64,000 nucleotides of DNA from Gemmatimonadota bacterium (GCA_039589315.1 JBDHHQ010000008.1:1-64000); one strand, 5' to 3'. Positions 47,819 through 60,587 are shown, counted from the stretch's first letter. The notes: generated from the letters alone by a model not told the origin. Program-made: numbers and translations.

Positions 47819-49006
47819 GTGGTGCTGACACCCGAACAGATCGAGATCCGGGACCTGGCGCGAGACTTCGCCGCCGGTGAGATCCGGACCCGCGCGGGTC
47901 ATTGGGACGAACACCGGCGTCTCGACGAGGACATCTTCGCCAAGCTCGGAGAGCTGGGCTTCCTCGGCATGCTGGTGCCCGAGGAGCATGGGGGCCTGGA
48001 GTTGGACCTGACCACCTACCTCCTGGTCCTCGAGCAGCTGGCCTGGGGGGACGCCAGCGTGGCGCTGTCCGTGGGGATCCAGAACGGTCCGCTGGTGGGG
48101 CTGATCCTCGCGCACGGCACGGACGAACAGAAGGAGCGCTGGCTCCCGGAGCTGGCGAGCGGGAGTCTCCTGGGTGCCTTCGCGCTTTCGGAGCGAGCCG
48201 CCGGCAGTGATGCCGCGGCCCTCGCCGCGAGGGCCTTTCCCGCGGGCGACGGGTGGCGCTTGGAGGGCCGCAAGAAGTGGGTGACCAACGGCGACCGCGC
48301 CGGCGTCATCCTGGTGTTCGCCCGCCTGGAGGGCACCGATCACGACCCGGCCCCCATGGGTGCGTTCCTGGTGGACCGGAGCGCTCACGGCTACGAGGTC
48401 GGCCGGCGGGAGAAGACCATGGGACTCCGGGCATCCCAGACCGTAGAGGTGGTGCTGGATTCCGTGGCGGTGGACGGCGAGCGCCTGATCTCCCTGCCCG
48501 ACGACGGGTTCGTCTCGGTGCTGCGTGCGCTGGATCTGGCCCGTCTGGGGGACGCCGCCATCTCGGTGGGTATCGGCCAGTCGGCGTTCGAGCACGCCAC
48601 GGCGTATGCGCTGGAGCGCCACCAGTTCGGGACGGCCATTGCCGACTTCGGGGCGATACAGGCCAAGCTCGCCGACATGGCGACGAGAATCGCCGGGGCC
48701 CGGGCCCTCACTCTCGACGTGGCCAGCCGCTTCTCAGCGGCCCGGCAGGCGGGGAATGTGCGCGGCCCCACCGGTTCTTCGAGTCTGCGGGCCTCGGCGG
48801 CCATGGCGAAGCTGAACGCCAGCCAGGCTGCCCTCTGGGTCGCTGACGAGGCGGTGCAGATCTTCGGAGGGTACGGCTACATGCGGGACTACCCGGTGGA
48901 GAAGCTCCTCCGGGACGCGAAGGGCACGGAAATCCTCGAGGGCACCAGCGAGATCATGCGCGTGGCCATTGCCCGTGAGGTCATCAAAGAAGCCAAGGAG
49001 GCGTAG
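47819..49006 (+). CDS. Acyl-CoA dehydrogenase
   Basis: FALSE..AGSD, GRKKWVTNG, ERHQFG, QIFGGYGY, ILEGTSEI. Confidence 0.94.
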   Translation: MVLTPEQIEIRDLARDFAAGEIRTRAGHWDEHRRLDEDIFAKLGELGFLGMLVPEEHGGLELDLTTYLLVLEQLAWGDASVALSVGIQNGPLVGLILAHGTDEQKERWLPELASGSLLGAFALSERAAGSDAAALAARAFPAGDGWRLEGRKKWVTNGDRAGVILVFARLEGTDHDPAPMGAFLVDRSAHGYEVGRREKTMGLRASQTVEVVLDSVAVDGERLISLPDDGFVSVLRALDLARLGDAAISVGIGQSAFEHATAYALERHQFGTAIADFGAIQAKLADMATRIAGARALTLDVASRFSAARQAGNVRGPTGSSSLRASAAMAKLNASQAALWVADEAVQIFGGYGYMRDYPVEKLLRDAKGTEILEGTSEIMRVAIAREVIKEAKEA

Positions 49007-49104
49007 TGGCGACAGGTCAACGAACCGCGGTCGAATGGTCCGAAACGGGAACCGAGCGGCCATCGCCCCCGAAGACGACCCCAAGCACGACGGAGCCGGA
49101 GCGC

Positions 49105-50160
49105 ATGGAGATCTTCGAGATGATGGCGGTCCGCGAGCACGAGCAGCTCCTGTTCTGGAGCGAGCCGTCCATCGGGTATCGGGGCATCATCGCGATTCAT
49201 GACACGACTTTGGGCCCTGCGCTGGGGGGCACCCGCTTCTGGTCCTACGCCGGCGATCAAGAAGCGCTGGTGGACGTTCTCCGGCTCTCCCGCGGCATGA
49301 CCTACAAGGCGGCCATCACCGGGCTCAACCTCGGCGGTGGCAAGTCGGTCATCATCGGCGACAACCGCACCCTGGATCGGGAGATGATCTTCCGGGCCCA
49401 CGGTCGGGCGGTGGATTCGCTCAAGGGTCGCTACATCACGGCGGAGGACGTGGGTACGTCGGTCGACGACATGGAGTTCATCCGCATGGAGACGGACTCG
49501 GTCGTCGGCGTCTACGGCGGATCGGGCGATCCGTCCCCGGTCACCGCCTACGGCGTCTATCGCGGCATCAAGGCGTGCGCCATGTTCCGGTACGGAGAGG
49601 ACAGCCTGGACGGCAAGCACGTGGCGGTTCAGGGCGTCGGGCACGTCGGATACTTCCTGTGCGAGTATCTCGCGCAGGAGGGCGCCAGGCTCACCGTGAC
49701 GGACATCGACGACGAGCGTGTCGCCCGCGTGGTCGAGGAGTTCGGCGCGTCTGCCGTTCAGTTGGACGACATCTATGCGGTGGACGCCGACGTGTTCGCA
49801 CCATGTGCCCTCGGAGCCGTCATCAATGACGACACCCTCCCGGTGTTGAAAGTCGACATCGTGGCCGGGGCGGCCAACAATCAGTTGGCCCGGGAGAACC
49901 ATGGCCGGGAGGCCGAGCGCCACGGGATCCTCTACGCACCGGACTACGTGATCAATGCGGGCGGGCTCTGCAACGTGTACGCCGAGCTCCACGACTGGAA
50001 GCCCGAGCGCAGCCGTCGCAAGGCGGGGGAGATCTACGGGACGCTGCTCCGCATCTTCGAGCGCGCGAAGGAAGAGGGGATCCCGACGAGCGAGGCCGCG
50101 GACCGCCTCGCGGAGCAGAGGATCGAGCAGGCGCGCCAGCTACAGCGCACATGGCTCTGA
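49105..50160 (+). CDS. Leu/Phe/Val dehydrogenase
   Basis: GPALGGTR, GMTYK, GGGK, TAEDVG, GAANNQL, PDYVINAGG. Confidence 0.93.
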   Translation: MEIFEMMAVREHEQLLFWSEPSIGYRGIIAIHDTTLGPALGGTRFWSYAGDQEALVDVLRLSRGMTYKAAITGLNLGGGKSVIIGDNRTLDREMIFRAHGRAVDSLKGRYITAEDVGTSVDDMEFIRMETDSVVGVYGGSGDPSPVTAYGVYRGIKACAMFRYGEDSLDGKHVAVQGVGHVGYFLCEYLAQEGARLTVTDIDDERVARVVEEFGASAVQLDDIYAVDADVFAPCALGAVINDDTLPVLKVDIVAGAANNQLARENHGREAERHGILYAPDYVINAGGLCNVYAELHDWKPERSRRKAGEIYGTLLRIFERAKEEGIPTSEAADRLAEQRIEQARQLQRTWL

Positions 50161-50244
50161 GACCCGGTAGCGGGCGGACCGCCGCGACACGGTGACGGGA
50201 CACCAGGAAACGGCAAGACGAGGACTCGAACCCGGCAGGGGCGG

Positions 50245-51501
50245 ATGGAGCACCTGAAAAACGTGGATCCGGAGATCTTCGAGACGATTCGTAGGGAAGC
50301 TGAGCGTCAGGGCTCGCAGCTCGAACTCATCGCCAGCGAGAACTTCGTGTCGCGGGCCGTCCTCGAGGCCACGGGCACGGTCCTGACGAACAAGTACGCC
50401 GAGGGACTGCCCGGAAAGCGGTACTACGGCGGGTGCGAGTTCGTGGACGTGGCTGAGGACCTCGCCCGGGATCGGGCGACGCAACTGTTCGGCGCCGATC
50501 ACGCGAACGTCCAGCCACACTCCGGCGCCCAGGCCAACATGGCGGCTTTTCTAGCCTTCCTGAAGCCCGGCGACCTGATTCTCGGGATGGACTTGAACCA
50601 CGGGGGGCATCTCACACACGGCTCACCCGTGAATTTCAGCGGCCAGCTCTTCGAGGTGGCGGCCTACGGGGTCGACGAGGCGACGGGCCGCATCGACTAC
50701 GATCGGCTCCACGCCCAGGCCCGGGAGGTCCGTCCGGCGATGATCATCGCGGGGGCGAGCGCCTACCCACGGATCATCGACTTCGCCGCCTTCGGCCAGG
50801 TCGCTCAGGACGTCGGTGCCCTCCTGCTCGTCGATATGGCCCACATCGCCGGGCTGGTAGCGGCGGAGGTCCACCCCAGCCCCGTTCCCCACGCGGACGT
50901 CGTGACGACCACCACGCACAAGACGCTGCGGGGGCCGCGCGGCGGCATGATCCTCTGCCGGGCCGAACACGCCCGAGCCATTGACAAAGCGGTGTTCCCG
51001 GGTACCCAGGGCGGTCCCCTGATGCACGCCATCGCCGCTAAGGCAGTCGCGCTCAAAGAGGCGGCTCAGCCCGACTTCACGACGTATTCCCGCCAGGTCG
51101 TGGCCAACGCCGTGGCCATGGCCGACGGGCTCCTGGAGCGGGGCTTCGACCTCGTCAGCGGCGGCACCGACAGCCACCTGATTCTCGTGGACCTGCGTAA
51201 TCGCCGCGAGCTCACCGGGAAGGACGCCGAGCTCGCATTGGAGGAGGCCGGGATCACCGTGAACAAGAACACGGTGCCGGGAGAAACCCGGTCACCGTTC
51301 GTTACGTCCGGTCTCCGCATCGGCACCGCGGCCCTGACCAGTCGCGGGATGGGAGAGACCGAGATGGCCGGCATCGCCGATTGGATCGCCGACGTCCTGG
51401 AGGACCCCGAAGACGAGGGCATCCGCAGCCGTGTCCGAGGCGAGGTCGTGGAGCTGTGCGACGCCTTCCCCCTTTACAGGGAGTTGGCGAGCCTGGCATA
51501 G
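50245..51501 (+). CDS. glyA: Serine hydroxymethyltransferase
   Basis: [32 protein letters not shown]. Confidence 0.98.
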   Translation: MEHLKNVDPEIFETIRREAERQGSQLELIASENFVSRAVLEATGTVLTNKYAEGLPGKRYYGGCEFVDVAEDLARDRATQLFGADHANVQPHSGAQANMAAFLAFLKPGDLILGMDLNHGGHLTHGSPVNFSGQLFEVAAYGVDEATGRIDYDRLHAQAREVRPAMIIAGASAYPRIIDFAAFGQVAQDVGALLLVDMAHIAGLVAAEVHPSPVPHADVVTTTTHKTLRGPRGGMILCRAEHARAIDKAVFPGTQGGPLMHAIAAKAVALKEAAQPDFTTYSRQVVANAVAMADGLLERGFDLVSGGTDSHLILVDLRNRRELTGKDAELALEEAGITVNKNTVPGETRSPFVTSGLRIGTAALTSRGMGETEMAGIADWIADVLEDPEDEGIRSRVRGEVVELCDAFPLYRELASLA

Positions 51502-51552
51502 TTCCCCCGGCGCCGAGCGGGCGTCGGGGACCGTATCCGGGCGAGGGCCAGG

Positions 51553-51581
51553 TTTGCGCCCCGCACCCGAGATCGTAAGAT
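51553..51581 (+). promoter_or_regulatory. Putative promoter giving a leaderless transcript
   Basis: TTGCGC-16 nt-TAAGAT, ATG 7 nt downstream, no Shine-Dalgarno. Confidence 0.6.
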
Positions 51582-51588
51582 TCCTGAT

Positions 51589-51969
51589 ATGACTGACTTG
51601 CAGTTCGCAGAGAGCATCCTGGATCAGCTCCGGGAGAGGAACCCGCGCTTCCACGGGAAAGCGTACTTGTTCCTCCTGTCTGCCCTTCACTCGGTCATGA
51701 AGGATCTGGACGAGCCCCGCCACATCTCGGGCCAGGAGCTCGCCGAGGGCGTCCGTGAGCTTGCCCTCGAACAGTACGGCCCCATCGCACGGACCGTGCT
51801 CGAGCACTGGGGCATCCACACGACTCGGGACCTCGGGGAGATCGTGTTCACGCTGGTGGACGCTGGTGTGCTCATCAAGCAAAGTGGCGACTCGAGGGCC
51901 GACTTCGAGGACATCTTCGACTTCGAGGACGTCTTCGAGCGCGACTACCCATGGGGTGCCGCGAGCTAG
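51589..51969 (+). CDS. Minf_1886 family conserved hypothetical protein
   Basis: AYLFLLSAL, RHISGQEL, YGPIARTVLEHWGI..TRDLGEIVF, DSRADF; family recognised from memory. Confidence 0.8.
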   Translation: MTDLQFAESILDQLRERNPRFHGKAYLFLLSALHSVMKDLDEPRHISGQELAEGVRELALEQYGPIARTVLEHWGIHTTRDLGEIVFTLVDAGVLIKQSGDSRADFEDIFDFEDVFERDYPWGAAS

Positions 51970-52032
51970 GGGCCAGGAGGGCCGCCAGCCTGCGCACGCC
52001 GCAGCTTTCCACGCAGACGGGAGGGGTTGAAC

Positions 52033-52230
52033 ATGGAGGACGGTCGTGGATTCCCTAGTTGTCTGAAGTGCGAGACCGGTCTTCTGCTGCCGCTTTCCGA
52101 CTACGGCAGGGACGGAGCACCGATCCGGTACAAGGCATGGGTGTGCTCGAACCCGGATTGCGGGTTCAACATCCGCATCGACAACGGGGAGATCACGCTG
52201 GGCCGAAATATCGGTCAGAGCTACAAGTAG
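52033..52230 (+). CDS. Small zinc-ribbon-like protein
   Basis: CLKC...WVCSNPDC, GAGGGG RBS; TTG at 52027 is an alternative start. Confidence 0.75.
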   Translation: MEDGRGFPSCLKCETGLLLPLSDYGRDGAPIRYKAWVCSNPDCGFNIRIDNGEITLGRNIGQSYK

Positions 52231-52292
52231 GTCCCACCGGAGGGTCTGCCGGCAGCGCTTCCCTGTACAAGGGACTGGAGGGGGGGTGACCC

Positions 52293-53882
52293 GTGGCAGA
52301 CCCGAGCTCTACAGAACTCCCCGCCCGACCCTTCGGTCGGACCCACATCGGAGCCCCGACCGGGTCGGAGGCAGCGGCGTTCGACCGCGAAGCCATCGAC
52401 CGGGTCGGGGTTCCGCAGTACACCCTGATGGAGAACGCGGGCCGATCCGCGGCCCAGATCGTCCAGCGGCTCCACCCCGATGGCCGGGTGGTGGGCGTGG
52501 TGGGCGCCGGTAACAACGGCGGCGACGCCCTGGTTCTCCTTCGGACGCTCTCGGCCTGGGGAAGGACCGTGCGCGCCCTGATCGTTGCAGATCGAGTGGA
52601 CGAGGGACTCCGGCACGGGTGGGACCTGCCCACGGTCCTGGACACCGATCTGGCAGGCGATGAGGCCTACGACGCGATCCTGGCCGGCGCGGGGGTCGTG
52701 GTGGACGGGATCCTCGGCACCGGCATTCGCGGGGCCCCCCGCGAGCGGCAAGCCCGTGCCATAGAGGCCGTGAACCGCAGCGAGGCACCGGTGTTCGCGC
52801 TCGACATTCCATCGGGGGTCGACGCCGCCACCGGTGCCGCGGCCGGAGCCTCGATTCGCGCACAGGAGACGGTGGCATTCGGCTGGCCGAAGCTGGGGTC
52901 CCTCGTGCCTCCGGGCCGGAGCCAGGCCGGCCGGCTGATCGCGGTGGAGATCGGGTTCCCGCCGGCCGGCCCGCCCTTCGGCGCGGCGGTCATCACGCCC
53001 GGCTGGGCGCACGCACGCCGCCCTCGGCGTGAGAGCGAGACTCACAAGTACGCGGTGGGCACACTGCTGCTGGTCGCCGGCCGGGCGGGAATGGGAGGCG
53101 CGGCGGTGATGGCCGCTCGCGCCGCGCAACGGTCGGGTATCGGGCTGCTGCGTGTGGCTTCCGCCGCCGAGAATCGAGAGATCCTCCAGACCACGGCTCC
53201 CGAGGCCATCTTCGTGGACCTCGCCGACCCGGCGGCAGTTCACGCCGCCCTCGAGAGATCCGCCACCGTCGCCGCCGGCCCCGGGTTGGGAACCGACGAG
53301 GAGGCGGGTAAGACCCTGTCGTTCGTGCTGGCCGAGTCCGGCGGCAAACCGACCGCCCTCGACGCTGACGCGCTGACCCTGGCCGCGGCGGGACGGACAC
53401 CCCGGCTCGAGGATCTTGCGCGGGATCGGCCGCTGGTCCTCACGCCCCATGCCGGCGAGTTCGAGCGCATCACCTCGCACGGCCGCGACGCCATCGCGGC
53501 GGACCGCGTGGGGGTGGCGCGGGCAGCGGCGGCCACGCTCGGGGCCACGGTGCTCCTCAAGGGGCTCCCTTCGGTGGTTGCCGCACCCGCCGGCCAGGTC
53601 CGTGTCGACGTCATGGGCACGTCGGACCTGGCCACCGGGGGCATGGGAGACGTGCTGACAGGCGTGGTGGGGAGCTTCCTGGCTCAGGGCGCTCCGCCGG
53701 CCGAGGCCGCCGCCCTGGGCCTCTACTACAGCGGCCGGGCCGCCGTTCTGGCCGGACGCGGACCGGGTCTGATCCCGGACGACGTTGTGGACCGGCTCTC
53801 CCAAGCCCTGCTGGAAGAAGGCGACGGCGTCACCGACCTGGATCTGCCCTTCGTCGTGTTCGACCAGGACCCGCCGCGGTAG
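52293..53882 (+). CDS. nnr: Bifunctional NAD(P)HX epimerase/dehydratase (NnrE-NnrD)
   Basis: LMENAG, GNNGGD, DIPSG, GPGLG, DADAL, TPHAGEF, GGMGDVLTG. Confidence 0.95.
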   Translation: MADPSSTELPARPFGRTHIGAPTGSEAAAFDREAIDRVGVPQYTLMENAGRSAAQIVQRLHPDGRVVGVVGAGNNGGDALVLLRTLSAWGRTVRALIVADRVDEGLRHGWDLPTVLDTDLAGDEAYDAILAGAGVVVDGILGTGIRGAPRERQARAIEAVNRSEAPVFALDIPSGVDAATGAAAGASIRAQETVAFGWPKLGSLVPPGRSQAGRLIAVEIGFPPAGPPFGAAVITPGWAHARRPRRESETHKYAVGTLLLVAGRAGMGGAAVMAARAAQRSGIGLLRVASAAENREILQTTAPEAIFVDLADPAAVHAALERSATVAAGPGLGTDEEAGKTLSFVLAESGGKPTALDADALTLAAAGRTPRLEDLARDRPLVLTPHAGEFERITSHGRDAIAADRVGVARAAAATLGATVLLKGLPSVVAAPAGQVRVDVMGTSDLATGGMGDVLTGVVGSFLAQGAPPAEAAALGLYYSGRAAVLAGRGPGLIPDDVVDRLSQALLEEGDGVTDLDLPFVVFDQDPPR

Positions 53883-53971
53883 CGGGCCCGTCTGTGTCCT
53901 GCCGATGTCGGGTCCTGACGCCCTCGATACGGAGGCGAAGCGGTCGGGCGCGGGGCGACCGTCCACGGTGT

Positions 53972-55555
53972 GTGGTGCGGACGCCAGCCCGCGCCGCTCT
54001 GCTACTCCTACCCTTCATGGCCGGACCGCTGACGGCCCAGGAGGGCCGAGCCTGGCGACCGGAGGACCGGACGGTGCTGACGTCGTTCCACCTGGTCAGC
54101 GGAATGGCCCGGGACGACCGCCAGCTCTACGCCGCTTCCGAGGGCGGACTACAGATCCTCGACCTTCTGTCGGGGCGATGGGAGCAGCCGTCCACGATGG
54201 AGGACGGGTATCCCGTGGAGGAGGGCCCCGCGGCGTTGGCGTACGATCCCTTCGAACGCGTCGTGTGGCTCGGCACCGCCGCCGGAGGCCTCCACACCTA
54301 CCAGGTCGATTTCGGCCGATGGCGGCTGGAGGCGTCGCCCGGCCTGGGCCCCATCGTGGCCATCTTCCCCCTCGCGGGGGAGCGTGGCGACGGGGTATTG
54401 GCTCGCACGCCGACCGGCTGGTATGTCGTGGAGCGCTTCTCGGGCGCGGTGCAACCCCTGCCCCCTGGCCAGCTACCCGCCCAGGCCGCCGCCCTGGAGG
54501 TGCCGGCACACGAGCGTCTCCGCCGCCTGGAACCGGCTTACGCCGCCAGCGGGGCGACCCTGACGGCGGACCGGGGCGGCCGCACGTGGCCGGTCACCTC
54601 GTTCGTCGCCGCGGACCGCCCGGGCGTCTACTGGTTGGGTACGGCCGGGAATAACCTCTACCGATTCGATGTGCGTTTCCTCGAGGCCGAACCCCGTCCG
54701 TTCGGGCTGCTGACCCCGGGATCGGGAGCGTTGGCCCTCGGCGGCGGGTGGCTCTGGATGGGGGGCGACGGCAGAGGTCCCCGTCGGGGGCCCGTGCGGG
54801 CCAGCCAGGATCTCCAGCAGTGGCACCAGTACGAGGCCGGCATTGTCGCCGCCCCCTCGGAGCTGGTCGAGGACATCGCCGTAACGGAGGATGCCGTGTG
54901 GTTTGGCGGTCGGGGTGGGCTGTATCGCCTGGACCGGCCCTCGGACCGGTGGTCGCAGGTGGGCGGCATCGGCGGGCGCCTGCCCGTGCGGCGGCTGGCC
55001 CTCGCCGACGGCGGACTCTGGGTGGCCACGGACCGCGGCCTCACGCGGGTCTCGGCCGACGGCACCGTGGGAGACACCTTCTTCGAAGGGCGGGCGGTGC
55101 ACGCGGCAGTCGCGGCCAACGGTGGGATCTGGGTCGGCGGCGCCGGTAGCCTGGTCCACATGCTGGAGGATGGCCGGGTCGCGGCACCGGTGCCCGGCGC
55201 GCCACCCGCTCCACCCGGTCCCGTCGTGGATCTGGTCTCGGACCGAGGGGACACCTGGGCGGCAACGCCGGATGCGCTATGGCGCTTCGACGGGCGGGGT
55301 TGGGAGGGCCCCCTGCGGGAGGTGCCCACAAACGTGGGTCGACTCCGCCGGCTGAGGCTCACGGGAGATGCCCTCTGGGTGACCGGGGACGCCGGGGCCG
55401 CTCGGCGGGTGCGTGACGAGAGCGGTTGGCGCTACCTGCTGGTCGGCCGAGACCTGCCGGCCGGTCCGGCGCTGGACGTGCTGGTGACCGAGGACCGCGT
55501 ATACGTCTCGACACCTGCGGGGGTCGTGCGCCTTCAGCGGCGGCGGGGGTACTGA
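53972..55555 (+). CDS. Exported beta-propeller-like hypothetical protein
   Basis: Signal peptide (AALLLLPFMAGPLTA-Q), repeated W-x-G/AT-xx-G-L blades; start uncertain. Confidence 0.7.
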   Translation: MVRTPARAALLLLPFMAGPLTAQEGRAWRPEDRTVLTSFHLVSGMARDDRQLYAASEGGLQILDLLSGRWEQPSTMEDGYPVEEGPAALAYDPFERVVWLGTAAGGLHTYQVDFGRWRLEASPGLGPIVAIFPLAGERGDGVLARTPTGWYVVERFSGAVQPLPPGQLPAQAAALEVPAHERLRRLEPAYAASGATLTADRGGRTWPVTSFVAADRPGVYWLGTAGNNLYRFDVRFLEAEPRPFGLLTPGSGALALGGGWLWMGGDGRGPRRGPVRASQDLQQWHQYEAGIVAAPSELVEDIAVTEDAVWFGGRGGLYRLDRPSDRWSQVGGIGGRLPVRRLALADGGLWVATDRGLTRVSADGTVGDTFFEGRAVHAAVAANGGIWVGGAGSLVHMLEDGRVAAPVPGAPPAPPGPVVDLVSDRGDTWAATPDALWRFDGRGWEGPLREVPTNVGRLRRLRLTGDALWVTGDAGAARRVRDESGWRYLLVGRDLPAGPALDVLVTEDRVYVSTPAGVVRLQRRRGY

Positions 55556-55557
55556 CC

Positions 55558-56567
55558 GTGCAGACCGGAGCCGCCGGTAGCGGTCTCGGGCCCGGGGTCG
55601 AATTCGACCGGATTCGGTCGCTCCTGGAGCAGGCACGCGTGTCTCTGCCTTCCCATGTCCGGGTGGGACCCGGCGACGACGCCGCCGTGGTGGAGGGGAC
55701 CTCTCTTGTCGTCAGCACCGACCTTTCCGTCGAGGACGTGCACTTTCGCCGGGACTGGGTCACGCCGGAAGAGATCGGCTTCCGGGCAGTCTCCGCCGCT
55801 CTCAGCGACCTCGCCGCCATGGCGGCGTCCCCCCTGGGCGTGTTGGTTTCGGTAGCACTGCCGGCAAGCGAGGGGACCCGGACATGGGACGAGCTCGGGG
55901 CCGGCGTTGCGTCCGCGTGCGAGCGGGCCCACGCGCCACTTGTGGGCGGCGACCTGTCCGCCTCGCCGGGCCCGCTGGTGCTCGACGTCACCGTGTTGGG
56001 ACAGGCCGCCTCGCCGGTGCTGCGGTCGGGCGCGGTACCCGGTGACGAGATCTGGGTCACCGGCGCGCTGGGCGGCTCCGGAGGAGCCGTGCGCCTCTGG
56101 GAGGAGGGGCTGCAGCCGCCCGAGGAGCTCCGGCAGTCGTATGCCCACCCGACGCCCCGGATCGCGGAAGCCAGGTGGTTGGCACGCCAGGGGGATCTTC
56201 ACGCCCTCATCGACCTGTCGGACGGACTCCAGGGCGACGCGGCCCACCTGGCGGCGGCGTCCGACGTAGAGGTCACGCTGGACCTCTTCCGACTGCCGGT
56301 CCACCCGCGCCTGCGGGGGCTCTTCGGCGAGCGCGTAGCGACCGAGTTGGCCCTCACCGGGGGCGAGGACTACGAGCTGTGCTTCGCGGCTCCTCCCGGG
56401 TCGGTCGAGGGACATGCCGCAGCCTTCCCGGGCGAGTTCGGCGTGGATCTGACCCGCGTGGGCACCGTTGGGGCGGGATCGGGGGTATACCTTCGCGCCC
56501 GTCCCGGTGAGGCGGGCCGGCGCACCGACACCGGTGCCTTCGATCATTTCGCGGGGGACGCGAGCGA

Positions 56568-56571
<4 letters not shown>
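55558..56571 (+). CDS. thiL: Thiamine-phosphate kinase
   Basis: GPGDDAA, HF, SDLAAM, GGD, DLSDGL, GGEDYEL. Confidence 0.96.
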
Positions 56572-58976
<2,405 letters not shown>

Positions 58977-59015
58977 GCGAGAGGGCCTCTGGCGCGCCCC
59001 AGGCGGGTCCAGCAC

Positions 59016-59052
59016 ACGGGCCGCCTCCCTCGAGGGGAGGCGGCCCGTTCTT
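59016..59052 (+). terminator. Intrinsic terminator between the convergent ftsB and SPFH genes
   Basis: Perfect 14-bp stem ACGGGCCGCCTCCC/GGGAGGCGGCCCGT followed by TCTT. Confidence 0.8.
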
Positions 59053-59100
59053 CGGGGTGGCGTGGGCTGGTTGGCAGAGGGTGCGGCGTCGCCCTCCGGC

Positions 59101-60045
59101 TCAGCTGCCTTCCGCCGGCTCCGGATCTCCATCGGCCGCCGGAGTCTCAGCCGGGTCCCCGCTCTCGCCAACGCCGAGAAGCTGCCGGGCGGACTGGGCC
59201 AGGAGTTGCACCTCATCGTCGCTGAGCTGGGCCACCTCGTCCGGAGACGGCAGCGCGGCCGGGGTGTCGGGAATCCCTCCGCCCTGGACGCCCGTCGCCT
59301 TCTCGATGATCGGCTTGAACAGATCGATCGGGATCGGGAACAGCGTGGTGGAGTTGTTCTCGGCCGCGATCTCCACCACAGTCTGAAGGTAGCGGAGCTG
59401 CAGGGCGACGGGATGAGCCGAGATTACCTTGGCGGCCTCGGCGAGCTGTCGTGACGCCTGGAACTCGCCTTTGGCGGCAATGACCTTTCCCCGGCGCTCT
59501 CGCTCCGCCTCGGCCTGCTTGGCCATGGCCCGCTTCATTTCCTGAGGCAGGTCGATGTCCTTGATCTCCACCGCCGTCACTTCGATGCCCCAGGGATCCG
59601 TGCCCTGGTCGATGATCGTTCTCACGACCTCGTTGATCCGCTCCCGCTCAGCCAGGAGCTCGTCGAGCTCGGATTGGCCGATGACGCTGCGGAGCGTCGT
59701 CTGGGCCAATTGGCTGGTGGCGAAGTAGTAGTCCTCCACTTCGACGACCGCCTTCGCGGGATCGGCGACGCGGAAGTACACCACGGCGTTGACCGTGACG
59801 CTCACGTTGTCCTTTGTGATCGTGTCCTGCGGGTGGATGTCCAGGGCCACGACCCTGAGGTCCATCTTCCGCATCCGTTCGACGCCGAAGGGCACCAGGA
59901 AGATCAGGCCGGGCCCCTTCGCCCGGGTAAGCTTGCCCAGCCGGAAGATGACGCCACGCTCGTATTCGAAGAGAATGCGCAGGCTGGTGAGGAGCGCCGC
60001 GCCTCCGAAGATGGCCGCGGGGATGAGAATCGTGCCCAGGTCCAT
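59101..60045 (-). CDS. SPFH/band 7 stomatin-like (slipin) protein
   Basis: [52 protein letters not shown]. Confidence 0.93.
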   Translation of the reverse strand: MDLGTILIPAAIFGGAALLTSLRILFEYERGVIFRLGKLTRAKGPGLIFLVPFGVERMRKMDLRVVALDIHPQDTITKDNVSVTVNAVVYFRVADPAKAVVEVEDYYFATSQLAQTTLRSVIGQSELDELLAERERINEVVRTIIDQGTDPWGIEVTAVEIKDIDLPQEMKRAMAKQAEAERERRGKVIAAKGEFQASRQLAEAAKVISAHPVALQLRYLQTVVEIAAENNSTTLFPIPIDLFKPIIEKATGVQGGGIPDTPAALPSPDEVAQLSDDEVQLLAQSARQLLGVGESGDPAETPAADGDPEPAEGS

Positions 60046-60134
60046 CGTGATCTCCCTGATTGGGGTGTCCGTCGGGTGTCTGATCCGCGAGGAGAGCATG
60101 ACCCATAACGAAAGCTCACACCCGCCCCATCGTC

Positions 60135-60163
60135 TTGACAACCCAACCTGCTAGAACGAGCTT
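60135..60163 (+). promoter_or_regulatory. Putative tRNA promoter
   Basis: Perfect TTGACA, 17 nt, then a weak -10 (GAGCTT). Confidence 0.5.
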
Positions 60164-60178
60164 TTTCCCCACTTCTTC

Positions 60179-60252
60179 GCCGGAGTAGCTCAGTCGGTTA
60201 GAGCAGCGGAATCATAATCCGCGTGTCGGGGGTTCGAGTCCCTCCTCCGGCA
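60179..60252 (+). tRNA. tRNA-Met(CAT), elongator type; CCA not encoded
   Basis: Cloverleaf with GCCGGAG/CTCCGGC acceptor stem, GCTC/GAGC D stem, GCGGA-AT-CAT-AA-TCCGC anticodon arm and TTCGAGT T loop; lacks the initiator C1:A72 mismatch and GGG/CCC anticodon stem; Ile2 identity not formally excluded. Confidence 0.93.
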
Positions 60253-60365
60253 TCGGGGCCGACGCCAGGACCCTCAGGACCGGGACGGCAGCCCCATCCA
60301 GGCTGGACCCTCGCGATCGGTCCCATCTCGACGCTCGTCTGGGGCCGTCCGCCGAGGTCGGGGCC

Positions 60366-60380
60366 TGGCACGAACCTTCC
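60366..60380 (+). promoter_or_regulatory. Possible sigma54 (-24/-12) promoter
   Basis: TGGCAC-GAACC-TTCC; the -12 box has CC in place of the canonical GC. Confidence 0.3.
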
Positions 60381-60587
60381 AACAACAGCGTTCGGCCTCC
60401 GCGACCGAGGCCGGAATCGCTGCGCGACGAAGGCAGGTCCCTCCCTTGGCACGACGCGGTGTCGCGGGGGAGCGACGTTCGTGCTGCGCTCACGCAACGT
60501 AGTCGAGGCGCTGTCGACACTCGAACGCTACGTCCTGGGTCGCGCCGGGGTCGTGCCCCCTGCGTTCGAAGTCAGCAAAAGGAGCTC

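Noticed and set aside
50181..50240. ZTP (pfl) riboswitch-like CGCGAC..GGTG..CACCAGGAAACG before glyA
   Set aside because: Lacks the UGGCG segment and the P3/GCCUGGG pseudoknot partner, and there is no expression platform
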